Position numbers and translations under genes: made by a program. From positions 32,001 through 96,000 of the forward strand of contig JASGJN010000011.1 of assembly GCA_049840735.1 (NCBI GenBank): 64,000 nt of DNA. The letters run 5' to 3'. Below are positions 1 through 9,877 of the stretch, piece after piece; positions within the stretch are counted from its first letter, which is position 1, and each line of letters begins with the position of its first letter. The notes beneath the pieces were generated by a model. It ran no database searches, was not told the origin of the DNA, and saw nothing but the letters and a program-made list of their open reading frames with translations. Source of the stretch: Anaeromyxobacter sp. Its GTDB lineage: Bacteria; Myxococcota; Myxococcia; Myxococcales; Anaeromyxobacteraceae.

Positions 1-102
1 CGCGGCGCGATCCTCCGCTGCGAGGACTGCCAGGTCCCGGCGCAGCTCGACGAGGGCGGCGACGCCCTCACCCTCGACGGCATCGAGATGGAGGTGCCCT
101 GA
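1..102 (+). CDS. hypA: Hydrogenase maturation nickel chaperone HypA, 3' fragment
   Basis: Frame 1 reads RGAILRCEDCQVPAQLDEGGDALTLDGIEMEVP* (second CxxC and G-x2-L-x-L-x2-IE end typical of HypA); its TGA overlaps the hypB ATG. Confidence 0.8.
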   Translation, partial: RGAILRCEDCQVPAQLDEGGDALTLDGIEMEVP

Positions 103-1016
103 TGTGCACGACCTGCGGCTGCGGCGACACCGAGCTGGTCCCGGTGGAGCTGCACGAGAAGATCCTGGCCGGCAACGACCGCGCCGCCCGCCACAACCGC
201 GAGCACTTCCTCGAGGCCGGCGTGCTGGCCCTCAACATCATGGGGTCCCCCGGCGCCGGCAAGACCGGCGTGCTGGAGGCCACCGCCAAGGCCGGCGCGG
301 CCCGCGGCTGGAGGCTGGGCGCGGTCTCGGCCGACCTGGCCACCGACAACGACGCGCGGCGCCTGGAGAAGGCGGGCATCCCTTCGCGCGCCATCACCAC
401 CGGCCAGGCCTGCCACCTGGACGCCGAGCTGGTCCACCGCTCGCTCCACGACATGCCCTGGCGCGAGACCGACGTCTTCTTCATCGAGAACGTCGGCAAC
501 CTGGTCTGCCCGGCCATCTACGACCTGGGCCAGGCGGCCAACGTGGTGGTGCTCTCGGTGACCGAGGGCGAGGACAAGCCGCTCAAGTACCCGGTGATGT
601 TCAAGGCCGCCGACCTGGTGCTGGTCACCAAAATCGACCTGGTCCCGCACCTGGACGTCGACCTGGGCAAGCTCCGCGACGCCATCGGGCGCGTCATGCC
701 CACCGCGAAGATCATCGAGCTCTCGGCCCGCAGCGGCGTCGGCATGGAGCAGTGGGTCGAGTGGCTTGCGGCGCTCAAGGCGGGGCTGCCCGGGCGCGGC
801 GCGAAGGCGGGCCAGGGCCACACCCACCCGCACGCGCACGGCCTGGACTTCTCGCACGCCCACACCCACCAGCACGAGCACGAGCACGCCCACGGCGGCG
901 AGCGCCACAGCCACCCGCACGCGCACGCCCACGCGCACGGCCACTCGCACGGGGCCGGCGAGGGGCACGACCACCAGCACGGCGGGGAGCACGGGGACCA
1001 CGACCACGAGCACTGA
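102..1016 (+). CDS. hypB: Hydrogenase nickel incorporation GTPase HypB with His-rich C-terminal tail
   Basis: MCTTCGC N-terminus, GSPGAGKT P-loop, CHLDA, ENVGNLVCP, EGEDKPLKYP, TKID. Confidence 0.97.
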   Translation: MCTTCGCGDTELVPVELHEKILAGNDRAARHNREHFLEAGVLALNIMGSPGAGKTGVLEATAKAGAARGWRLGAVSADLATDNDARRLEKAGIPSRAITTGQACHLDAELVHRSLHDMPWRETDVFFIENVGNLVCPAIYDLGQAANVVVLSVTEGEDKPLKYPVMFKAADLVLVTKIDLVPHLDVDLGKLRDAIGRVMPTAKIIELSARSGVGMEQWVEWLAALKAGLPGRGAKAGQGHTHPHAHGLDFSHAHTHQHEHEHAHGGERHSHPHAHAHAHGHSHGAGEGHDHQHGGEHGDHDHEH

Positions 1017-1081
1017 GGGACGCCGCCGGGTCTCGCCCGGCGGTCCCCGCTCGCAGCTCCCCTGAGCCTGCCGGCCCGTGC

Positions 1082-1741
1082 TCAGCGGCCGCGCCCGAAG
1101 AGCAGCGCCTCCAGCTGCCGCGCGCCCGACGGCGTGCAGTAGGGCCAGGCCAGGGAGAGCGCGCCGCGAGCGTGCACCTCGAGCCGCTGCGCCGGATCGC
1201 CTTCGGGGTCGGCGAGCAGCGCCGACGGCAGCCAGAACAGCACCTGCGTGAGGACCTGCTGCCGCAGCGCTGGCAGCGCCGCCTCGGTGCGCCTCCGCTC
1301 CAGCAGGCCGGCCTCCACCAGGCGGCCGAGCACCACGTCCACGCGCGCCTCGCGACCGCGGTGCATCCGCTCGTGCACCGGGAGCAGCGCCGGGATGGCG
1401 GTGAGCAGCCCCACGTAGTCGCGGAAGAACCAGCGGTTCTCCAGGTCGCGCCGCATGATGCCGCGGAGGATCGCCTCCAGCCCCGCGAAGTCGAGCGGGC
1501 CCTCAATCGCAGCCACCTGCGCGTCGTTCTGGGCGTGGACCTCCCGCACCAGCGCCAGCACGAGGTCGTCCTTGGTCGGGAAGTGGTACGAGACGTTGCC
1601 CGGGCTGAGCTCCAGCTCGCGAGCGATCTCGCGGATCCCCACCTTGGTGACGCCGCGCTCGTTGAAGGCCTCGCGGGCGTGGGCCAGGATCCTGGCCGGG
1701 GTGGAGCCGCTCCCCGTTTTAGTACGTTGACCTAGAGCCAT
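1082..1741 (-). CDS. TetR/AcrR family transcriptional regulator
   Basis: HTH motif ILAHAREAFNERG...IREIARELELSPGNVSYHFPTKDDL; start placed at ATG 1741. Confidence 0.92.
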   Translation of the reverse strand: MALGQRTKTGSGSTPARILAHAREAFNERGVTKVGIREIARELELSPGNVSYHFPTKDDLVLALVREVHAQNDAQVAAIEGPLDFAGLEAILRGIMRRDLENRWFFRDYVGLLTAIPALLPVHERMHRGREARVDVVLGRLVEAGLLERRRTEAALPALRQQVLTQVLFWLPSALLADPEGDPAQRLEVHARGALSLAWPYCTPSGARQLEALLFGRGR

Positions 1742-1751
1742 GTCGAGCACA

Positions 1752-1766
1752 TAGTACAGCGTACTA
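1752..1766. promoter_or_regulatory. Putative TetR operator TAGTAC-N3-GTACTA
   Basis: Perfect AT-rich inverted repeat between the divergent tetR and cupin genes; degenerate second copy TAGTAC-N3-GACCTA at 1720-1734. Confidence 0.75.
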
Positions 1767-1784
1767 GACGAGGAGCCTACCCCC

Positions 1785-2366
1785 ATGAACGAACGGACAA
1801 TCCACAATCCCGTCTCCGGCGAGACCGCCACCTGGATCGAGAGCTCGACCGAGAGCGGCGGCGCCCGGACGGTGATCGACTTCGAGGTGACGCCCGGCGG
1901 CGGCGTGACGGGCCACCGGCACACCAACCACCGCGAGCAGATCGCCGTGCTGGAGGGCGAGATCGAGGTGACCTGCGGCGGGACCACGCGACGCTACGGC
2001 GCCGGCGAGGTGGCGGTGATCGAGCCGCGGGCCGTGCACCACTGGCGCAATCCGGGCCAGGGCGTGCTGCGCTTCCGCGGGACCATGACGCCGGGCCACC
2101 CGGGGTTCGAGACCTTCCTGCGCGTCTGGTTCGGGCTGGCCCGCGACGGCGCGCTGCGCCGAAGCGGCCTGCCCCGGCGCGTCGCCGACATGGCGCTGCT
2201 GGTGGACTGGGATCCATCCATCGCCGCGGGGCCGCTCCGCCTCATGGCGCCGCTGCTGCGCCGCGCCGCGCGACGCCCCAGCGCCCGCGCGCGCGCCGGC
2301 GAGCTGCTGCGCCGCTACGACGCCCTGCCGTTGGGGCCCGGCGAAGCCGGCACGACCAGCCTCTAG
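1785..2366 (+). CDS. Cupin domain protein
   Basis: IHNPVSGE start, HRH-x4-E and P-x3-H cupin motifs; GAGGAG RBS upstream. Confidence 0.85.
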   Translation: MNERTIHNPVSGETATWIESSTESGGARTVIDFEVTPGGGVTGHRHTNHREQIAVLEGEIEVTCGGTTRRYGAGEVAVIEPRAVHHWRNPGQGVLRFRGTMTPGHPGFETFLRVWFGLARDGALRRSGLPRRVADMALLVDWDPSIAAGPLRLMAPLLRRAARRPSARARAGELLRRYDALPLGPGEAGTTSL

Positions 2367-2487
2367 CGTCGAGCACGGCACCACCTCGGCCCCCCCGCCC
2401 GCTCCAGGGCTCACTCCAGCAGCGTGTCCTCGACCCAGCCCAGGTAGCAGCGCCGCGCCGAAGGGATCCGACCCAGCGTCCAGACGT

Positions 2488-2503
2488 TGGCACCGTTCCA
2501 GCA
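2488..2503 (+). promoter_or_regulatory. Possible sigma-54 promoter upstream of the oxidoreductase operon
   Basis: TGGCACCGTTCCAGCA has GG-N10-GC spacing. Confidence 0.35.
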
Positions 2504-2519
2504 ACAAGGCCGCCGCGAA

Positions 2520-2538
2520 CGTTTGCGCTGCGCAAACG
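2520..2538. promoter_or_regulatory. Palindromic operator-like site CGTTTGCG-N3-CGCAAACG
   Basis: Perfect 8-bp inverted repeat about 100 nt upstream of the oxidoreductase start. Confidence 0.5.
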
Positions 2539-2639
2539 CTGCGCACGGGGTCCGTAGATCGCTGTAGAGCCTCGGAATCACTCGCCTTCGTGGCGAGCCG
2601 GTGGTTCAATCCCTTCGCCACAGGCACCGGAGGAACACC

Positions 2640-4071
2640 ATGGCCACCGTCGCTGATCGCCCGAGGCCGGTGCTGCGTCCGCTCTTCTGCAAGGGGTGCG
2701 GCCGGTGCATCGAGGCCTGCGCCCACCACGCCATCCGCGCCGGCGAGACGGTCGAGCCGGCCACCGGCCTGGTGCCGGTGGTCTTCGACCCCTCGATGTG
2801 CAACGGGTGCACGCTCTGCATCGACGCCTGCCCGGAGCCGTACGGGCTGATCTCGGAGGAGACGGCGGACGAGATCGAGGCCGTGCGCCGCCAGCGCCGG
2901 CCGGCGGCGCCGCAGCCGGCGGACCTGCCGGCGCAGCGGCTCCCGCTGCCGGAGAGCCGCCCGCTGATCGTGAAGGGCACCTACGCCTCGGCCATCGGCG
3001 CGCTGCTGGCCGGCTGCCGGCACGTCTACGGCTACCCCATCACGCCCTCCACCGAGGGCGCCGAGCTGATGGCCAAGCTGCTCCCGGAGCTGGGCGGCAC
3101 CTTCGTGCAGGCGCCCAGCGAGGTGGCCGCCATCAACATGCTCTACGGCACGGGGGGCGCGGGCCTGCCGGTCATGACCTTCACCTCCTCGCCGGGCTTC
3201 AGCCTGATGCTGGAGGGGATGAGCTACCTCATCGGCGCCGAGCTGCCGGCGGTGGTGGTCAACGTGATGCGCGGCGGGCCGGGCCTGGGCAACATCGCGC
3301 CGGAGCAGTCGGACGTGAAGCTGGCCTGCCGCGGCCTGGGGCACGGCTCGACGCACGCGGTGGTGCTGGCCCCGGCCACGCCCCAGGAGATGCTCGACTT
3401 CACGATCCTGGCCTTCGAGCTGGCCTTCCGCTACCGCAACCCGGTGGTGCTGCTGGCGGACGGCTACCTGGGCCAGATGACCGGCAAGGTGACGCTGCCG
3501 CCGGCCATGGTGCGCCCGGGCCTGCCGGGCTGGGCGGTGAGCGGCGACGCGGCCCACCGCAAGAACTACATCTCGTCCATCTTCCTCACCGAGACGGATA
3601 TCCGAGGCCCACAACCTGAAGCTCCTGGCCAAGTACGAGGCCATCCAGGCGGCGGAGCAGCGGGCGGACCTCTACCGCTGCGAGGACGCCGAGGTGCTGC
3701 TGGTGGCCTGCAACACGCCGGCGCGCAAGGCCAAGGGCGCCGTGGCGGCGCTGCGCGAGGGCGGGATCGCGGCGGGCCTGTTCCGGCCGCAGACGCTCTG
3801 GCCGTTCCCGGTGAAGCCGCTGCTGCCGCTGCTGGGCCACGTGCGGCGCATCGTGGTGGTGGAGGCCAGCGACGGGCAGATCGAGGACGAGCTGCGGCTG
3901 GCGCTCAGCCACGCGGGCGCGGGGCGGGACATCCCCATCGAGCACGTCCGGCGGCACGGGGGCGTGCTCCCGTCCCAGGAAGAGATCCTGACCGCGGTGC
4001 GGGGCAACCGGAAGTCCCCGGCCAGCGGCGCCGTGGCGGGTCGCGCCGCCGCGGGGGAGGTGCACGCGTGA
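2640..4071 (+). CDS. 2-oxoacid:ferredoxin oxidoreductase, ferredoxin (delta)-alpha fusion, Vor-like; one frameshift near 3600
   Basis: Two CxxCxxCxxxC motifs, YGYPITPST, SE(V)AAINM, MRGGPGLG; continues in the frame of ORF 3694..4071 (FRPQTLWPFP, VVE). Confidence 0.9.
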
Positions 4072-5513
4072 CCGCCTTCTACGACCGCTTCGAGCGGCAC
4101 GACCACGCGGCCGGGCTCAAGGCCCAGTCCACCCACTACTGCCCGGGCTGCGGCCACGGCCTGGTCCACAAGTTCCTGGCCGAGGCGGTGGACGAGCTGG
4201 GCATCGCCGACCGGACGGTGGCCATCTCGCCGGTGGGCTGCGCGGTCTTCCTCTACTACTACCTGGACGTGGGCAACTCGCAGGCGGCCCACGGCCGCGC
4301 GCCGGCGGTGGCGCTGGGCCACAAGCTGGCCCACCCCGAGAGCGTGGTCATCTCCTACCAAGGCGACGGCGACCTGGCCTCCATCGGCCTGGCCGAGATC
4401 GTCCACGCCGCGGCGCTGGGCGTGCCCATCAGCGTCATCTTCGTCAACAACGCCATCTACGGCATGACGGGCGGGCAGCTGGCCCCGACCTCGCTCATGG
4501 GCCAGCAGACGGCCACCAGCCCGGCCGGCCGCGACCGCTTCATGGGCCAGCCGCTCAGGATGGCGGAGCAGATCGCGCTCATGGACGCGCCCATCTACGT
4601 GGAGCGGGTGGCGCTCTACGACGCCAAGCAGCGGGTGCGCGCGCAGAAGGCCATCAGGAAGGCCCTGCAGCTGCAGGTGGAGAACAAGGGCTTCTCCTTC
4701 GTCGAGGTGCTGGCCGAGTGCCCGACGCACCTCAAGGCCACGCCGCAGGAGGCGGAGCGCTGGGTGAAGGAGCAGATGGTCCCGGTCTACCCGCTGGGCG
4801 TGAAGAAGGACGTGGCGCCGGAGACCTGGGGCGAGTGGCGGACGCCGGCCTTCGACGCGGAGCAGCTGCTGGAGGCGGTGGGCGCGCTGGAGCCGGCCGC
4901 CCCGCGCGCCTGCCAGGGCTTCCCGGAGAAGCCGTTCGGCAAGGACATCGCCATCAAGCTGGCGGGCGCGGGCGGAGACGGGGCCCAGACGGCGGCCATG
5001 CTGCTGGTGCACGCGGCCATCAACGAGGGGTTCGACGCGACGCACATCCCGAGCTACGGCCCGGAGTCCCGCGGCGGCACCTCCTACGCGGACGTGCGCA
5101 TCGCGCCGGAGGAGGTGCTCAACCCGGCGGCGCCGGAGCCGCACGTCCTGGTGGCCTTCAACGCGCCCAGCCTGTCCAAGTTCGGCCCGGCGGTGGCCCG
5201 CGGCGGCGTGGTGGTCTACGACTCGGCGGTGGTGACGGAGCCGCCGGCGCTGGACCCCTCGGTCCGCCTGGTGGCGGCGCCGCTGGCGGAGATCGCCCAC
5301 GGCCTGGGCGACCGGCGGCTGAAGAGCGTGGTGGCGCTGGGCGCGGTGCAGCGCGCGACCCAGCTCTTCCCGGCCGAGACCTTCCTGGGCGCGGTCCGGC
5401 AGGCGCTCTCGCACAAGCCCTCGTACATCCCGCTCAACGAGCAGGCCTTCGAGCAGGGCTACGCGCGCGCCGAGCCGGTGGGTTCGCCTGGCGACTTCGA
5501 GTGGTGGCGGTAG
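4068..5513 (+). CDS. 2-oxoacid:ferredoxin oxidoreductase, beta-gamma fusion
   Basis: YCPGCGHG, GDGD...NN TPP motif, YGMTGGQ, then gamma domain GAGGDG and SYGPESRGG; GTGA overlap with the upstream gene. Confidence 0.92.
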   Translation: MTAFYDRFERHDHAAGLKAQSTHYCPGCGHGLVHKFLAEAVDELGIADRTVAISPVGCAVFLYYYLDVGNSQAAHGRAPAVALGHKLAHPESVVISYQGDGDLASIGLAEIVHAAALGVPISVIFVNNAIYGMTGGQLAPTSLMGQQTATSPAGRDRFMGQPLRMAEQIALMDAPIYVERVALYDAKQRVRAQKAIRKALQLQVENKGFSFVEVLAECPTHLKATPQEAERWVKEQMVPVYPLGVKKDVAPETWGEWRTPAFDAEQLLEAVGALEPAAPRACQGFPEKPFGKDIAIKLAGAGGDGAQTAAMLLVHAAINEGFDATHIPSYGPESRGGTSYADVRIAPEEVLNPAAPEPHVLVAFNAPSLSKFGPAVARGGVVVYDSAVVTEPPALDPSVRLVAAPLAEIAHGLGDRRLKSVVALGAVQRATQLFPAETFLGAVRQALSHKPSYIPLNEQAFEQGYARAEPVGSPGDFEWWR

Positions 5514-5634
5514 GCGTTCGCCACCACCCGGCGGCCGCCGCCAGCCCCGCGGACAGGCACTCGGGGGCGACGGCAGGATGGGCCGCAGGTCAGCCCGGGG
5601 TGAGCTGTCCCACCCCGGGCGACGCTGGACCATG

Positions 5635-5664
5635 GCGGGTGGGGCGGCGCGCCACCCCACCCGC
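5635..5664. terminator. GC-rich hairpin between convergent genes
   Basis: GCGGGTGGGG...CCCCACCCGC stem; no U-tract. Confidence 0.4.
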
Positions 5665-5670
5665 TGACGC

Positions 5671-6939
5671 TCACTCGTCGAGGGTCCAGAGGCCGTAGAA
5701 GTAGCCGTCCATGGTGAAGCGAACGCTGGCCGTGTTGGTGACCGGATCGGTCTCGTACACCTGGCTGGTCGCGCCGTCGTCGCTCTCGCCCGTGAAGAGG
5801 TGTCCACCCATGGCCGCCCCGGTGAACCCGACCACCGAGAAGGGCGAGCCGTCCACCTCCTCGGCGACCGGCACGTCACCCAGGGTGAAGCGCCACAGCT
5901 TGTGGACGGGGATGCTCCAGAAGGAGAAGTCCACCGGCTCGACGCCGTCCGGCAGCAGGTCCTCGTAGAACAGCTTCGCGAACCCGACCCCCGCGCTGGC
6001 GCTCTGCAGCTCGTCGATGGCCTCCACCCCCCCGGTCAGGGCCGGGATGGCGTGGTACCAGTCCTCCTGGAAGTCGGTCTCCCCTGGCGCGATGCGGAGC
6101 AGGCAGTTCTGCGGGGCCTCCTCACCGGCCGCGTTCGCGTACATCTGGATGGAGTAGGTGCGGCCGTCCCCCATCACGTAGGCGTAGCCGTCCTCGTCGA
6201 AGACCGGGCGGCCGCCGCTCGCGCAGCGCTCGTCGTACGCCGTCCCCACCACCGAGAGCGTCGCCGGGTCGAGGATGGTCAGGGAGACCGCGGGGTAGAT
6301 GCGCCCACCGGTCCAGTCCGCCCACCGGCCGGGGACGTAGACCTTGCCCTCGTGCGCCACCGTGGTCCAGACCTCGAGCCCGTACCCCTCGCGCGACAGG
6401 AAGGACAGGTCGACGGTGCCCTTGATGGTCATGGTGCTGGGATTCCAGACCACGGCCTTGGGCGGATCGCTCAGCACGGAGACGGCGGTCTCGGCGTCCA
6501 CCAGCGCGTTGCCGTAGTCCACGGCGGTCGCGCCCGTGGAGGAGATGCTCATCCGCCCCGTCTCGGCGAGGTGACCCTTCGCGTCCACCTCGTACCTGAT
6601 CCAGAGCGGCGCGTCGGTCCGGCCCACGAACACCTGCCGTCCGCGGGCCAGGAGCACGGCGTTCCCGGGCACCTCGACCGCGTGGCTGTTGTCGAAGGGG
6701 CCCGCGTCCAGCGACTCGATGGCCTGCACGTAGGTGGTCCGACCCTCGGCGTCGATCACCACCGATCCCAGGATGTAGTGCGGGTCGATGGCCTCCTCCG
6801 AGCCCCCGTCCGACCCGCAGCCGGCCGCGGCCAGCCCCGCCAGCAGCACCAGCCCGACCGCTCCGCCCATGCTGCGCCTCGCTCTGCTTCCGATCATCAC
6901 GTGGTCCTTCCTCCAAAGGGCGCGCAGGCGCCCGATCAC
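5671..6939 (-). CDS. MxcI-like lipoprotein, partner of the TonB-dependent receptor
   Basis: Lipobox LAAAGC, D(E/D)RC and GD..Y...CLLRI motifs recalled for MxcI-like proteins; GTGA-coupled to the receptor (alternative starts 6897 and 6870). Confidence 0.7.
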   Translation of the reverse strand: MIGRLRALWRKDHVMIGSRARRSMGGAVGLVLLAGLAAAGCGSDGGSEEAIDPHYILGSVVIDAEGRTTYVQAIESLDAGPFDNSHAVEVPGNAVLLARGRQVFVGRTDAPLWIRYEVDAKGHLAETGRMSISSTGATAVDYGNALVDAETAVSVLSDPPKAVVWNPSTMTIKGTVDLSFLSREGYGLEVWTTVAHEGKVYVPGRWADWTGGRIYPAVSLTILDPATLSVVGTAYDERCASGGRPVFDEDGYAYVMGDGRTYSIQMYANAAGEEAPQNCLLRIAPGETDFQEDWYHAIPALTGGVEAIDELQSASAGVGFAKLFYEDLLPDGVEPVDFSFWSIPVHKLWRFTLGDVPVAEEVDGSPFSVVGFTGAAMGGHLFTGESDDGATSQVYETDPVTNTASVRFTMDGYFYGLWTLDE

Positions 6940-9522
6940 CGCTCCAGCGTCGTCTTGAGGTAGAAGCCGCGGCCGGGCCTGGGGACGCCGAACGTGTCGT
7001 AGGCCGCCGCGTCGGTGAGGTTCTGCGCCTCCAGCGCCACCGAGAGCGCGCCCCACCCGCCCTGGCACCGGTAGCCGGCCGAGAGCCCCTGGACGAACTG
7101 GCTGGGGATGACCTGCTTCCCGCCCCCCTGCCCCAGGCTCTCCCAGGTCCGGTAGAACTCGTGCACGTAGCGCCAGGTCCAGGAGAGCGACAGCTCGTCG
7201 TCGCCCCGCCGCAGCCCTGCCCAGCGCACCAGGGCGCCGCCGGCGCCGAACAGGTAGGGACGGTTGGGGATGCGATCGCCCTCCTGCCGCGCGAAGGTCC
7301 CGGTGTCCGACGTGTTGCGGAAGTCCTGGTAGGTGCCGCTCGCGTCCAGCTCCAGCCAGTCGCCGGGCGCGGTCCAGCGCAGCGCGCCCTGCACGCCGAC
7401 GGAGCGCGCGGAGTAGACGTTCTGGTAGCTCTGGTCGTTGTTGATGCCGAGCAGGATGATCAGGTCGTCGGCGTCGCGCAGGAAGGCGCCGGCCTCGCCC
7501 ACCAGCGCGCCCGCGCCGGTTGAGCCGCGCTCCACCTGGAGCGCCAGGTTCAGGTTGTGGCTCACCTCCGGCCTGAGCTCGAGGTTCTCGTGCACCAGGA
7601 CCCCGTCGCCGAACACCTCGTCCGGCCCGGGGAGCCGCGTGGCGCGCTCGTAGGACGCCTTGGCGCGGAGGCCGGGGGCCAGGTCGAACCGGAGCGCGGC
7701 GCCGCCTCCCAGCTCGCGGATCGTCCGATCACGCTCGGCGAAGGTGTCCTCGGCCACCAGCTCCTGCGCGCGCTGCTCCTGCAGGTAGTGCTTGAGGAAG
7801 GCGATCGCCTCCAGCCGCCCCTCGACGAGGTCGGCCTCGTACTCGAGCCCGCTCACCAGCGAGCGCAGGTCCCGGCGGCCCGAGAGCGGATCGCTCGCGG
7901 TGGTCTGCAGCCGCTCGTCGCCGGTCCGCCGCACGGCGGTGGGCGCCAGGAACAGCCGCAGCTGGTGGTCGGGGTGGAGCCTCCAGCCCAGCTCGACCCG
8001 CCCGAAGAGCGCCTGCTCGCGGAGCAGCTGGTCGTGCGGCGCGTCTCCAATCTCCCCCCCGGTCTCGTTGCGGGTGACGCACCGTCCGTACCAGTCGTAG
8101 ACGCAGGCGGAGACGTCCAGGAAGTGGCCCCGGGTGGCGGCCGCCCCCAGCAGCACCCGCGCGGCCAGGCGCCGGCCCGCGGGCGCCTCGTAGCGGAGCG
8201 TGGTCCCCACCCCCTGCTCTGCATACGTGACCTCGCCGTACGGGACCGTCATGGCGGGGCTGTGCGGGATCTCCTTGTCCTGGCGGTTGGCGTGGAACCG
8301 CAGCAGGAGGCGCCGCGCCCAGGACCGGTCCACCAGCCCCAGCTCCGCGCTGCCGCCGCCGGCGGCGTACGCGTCGTGGAAGCGGCGGACGCGCACGGTC
8401 CCGACGTGGCCCTCCTCGTCGAGCTGCACGTCCTGGACGGTCATCGGGTAGTCGTTCTCGGCGCGATCCAGGAAGCCCTCGGCGCGGAGGAAGAGCCCGC
8501 TCGGCGTGAACAGGTGGCGGGCCGCCAGCGTCAGCCGCTGCGTCCCGAAGGAGCCGGCCTCCCACGAGGCGGCCGCGTGCGTCCCCCGGAGCCCCTCGTC
8601 GGTCACCAGGTTGATCGCGCCGCCCAGCGCGTCGGCGGCGAAGCGGGCCGGGACGACGCCGGAGAAGATCTCGAATCCGCTCCACCACGTTGACGGGTAC
8701 GTCGGCGATGCCCAGCGGGTAGCCCGACCAGGCCAGCGGCACGCCGTCGAGGAACACCCGGACCTGCTCGTCGCTGAGCCCGCCCAGCGCCAGCCGCGAG
8801 CTCGACCCCAGGCCCCCCGAGCGCCGGACGCTGACCCCCTGCGTCCGGGCCAGCACCTCGCCCAGGTCGGCGGACTCGCGCTGCGCCCGATCCGTCTCGA
8901 CCACCGTCACCGCCTCGGCCGAACGGCGCAGCCGATCCCCGGCCGAGGTTCCCTGCACCGTCACGACCACCGGCGCCGGGTCCCCCGGCTGCGCCGCCGC
9001 CGCGGCCGGCGTGGGCGCCGCCCCGGCGGGCGGAGGCGGCGGAGGCGGCGCGGGCGGCGCGGGCGGCGCGGGCGGCGTGAAGGTCACGGCGAACTTGATG
9101 CGCGCGGCCACCGCGTGATCCCCGCGGCGCGCCGGCGCGAAGCGGGAGCGGAGGGCCGCCTCGCGCGCAGCCCGATCGAACGCCTCACCGGCGCCCTCGA
9201 GCACGTCGGCCTCCGTCACGTGCCCCTCCGCGTCGACGAGGAGCCGCAGGACCACGCGGGTGGTCCGCCCCTCGGCGAGCGCCTCGGGCGGATAGACGGC
9301 CTCGGCCTGCTCCAGCAGCTCGGGAGGGCGGGGGGACGTGGCGCCTTCGCCGGGCGGCGGGGCGCCGGTCTCCTCCGCGCGGCCGGGCGCGGCGGTGGTC
9401 GCAGCGGAGGCCCCCGGGGCGGCAGCGGCGGCGGACTCCCGCTCGGCGCCCGCCACGCCGCCGGCGAGGGCCGGCACCGCGACGAGCAGCAGGATGGGGG
9501 CGAGGCCGGCGACCGAAGCCAT
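6936..9522 (-). CDS. TonB-dependent siderophore receptor, MxcH-like, with fused N-terminal TonB-C domain; frameshift near 8675
   Basis: Signal peptide, YPPEA..G.V.LRLLVDAEG TonB domain, plug (VRRSGGLGS, FLDGVP, ALGGAINLVT), barrel end NLTD...PRPGRGFYLK. Confidence 0.9.
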
Positions 9523-9877
9523 CGGTCGCCGGGCCGCCGCCCTGGGGTCGCTGCTGGATACGGCCGTCGTCACGCGCGCCTCCCGAAAGGCGGAATCCGT
9601 CTCCACCCGTAGGGGTCTGAACCGCAAGGCCGCGGACGATACACGGTCTCATCAAGCGAGCGCAAGCCAGTCGGCTCGCCTGCCGCCAAGGCGACAGGGA
9701 TGCTCAGCAGCTCGCCTCAAGCGGCTGCGTTTACGATGAGTTTCCCTTGAGCCCCATTGGGCGCAGGCCGAACGCGTAATGAATCCGGGGTATTCGGCCT
9801 CGTCGCGAGTTGCGACGATGTCTCTCGAAACGAACGCTCACGTCTGCGTCGTTGGGACCCGGCCTGCCGAGCACGAG

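Noticed and set aside
2601..5513. 970-aa single oxidoreductase ORF
   Set aside because: Artefact of the frameshift near 3600; its middle section is off-frame and two genes overlap at 4068-4071
9660..9875. Lower-GC intergenic stretch with hairpins as an ncRNA, riboswitch or gene remnant
   Set aside because: No cobalamin or other riboswitch motif recognised and no convincing ORF
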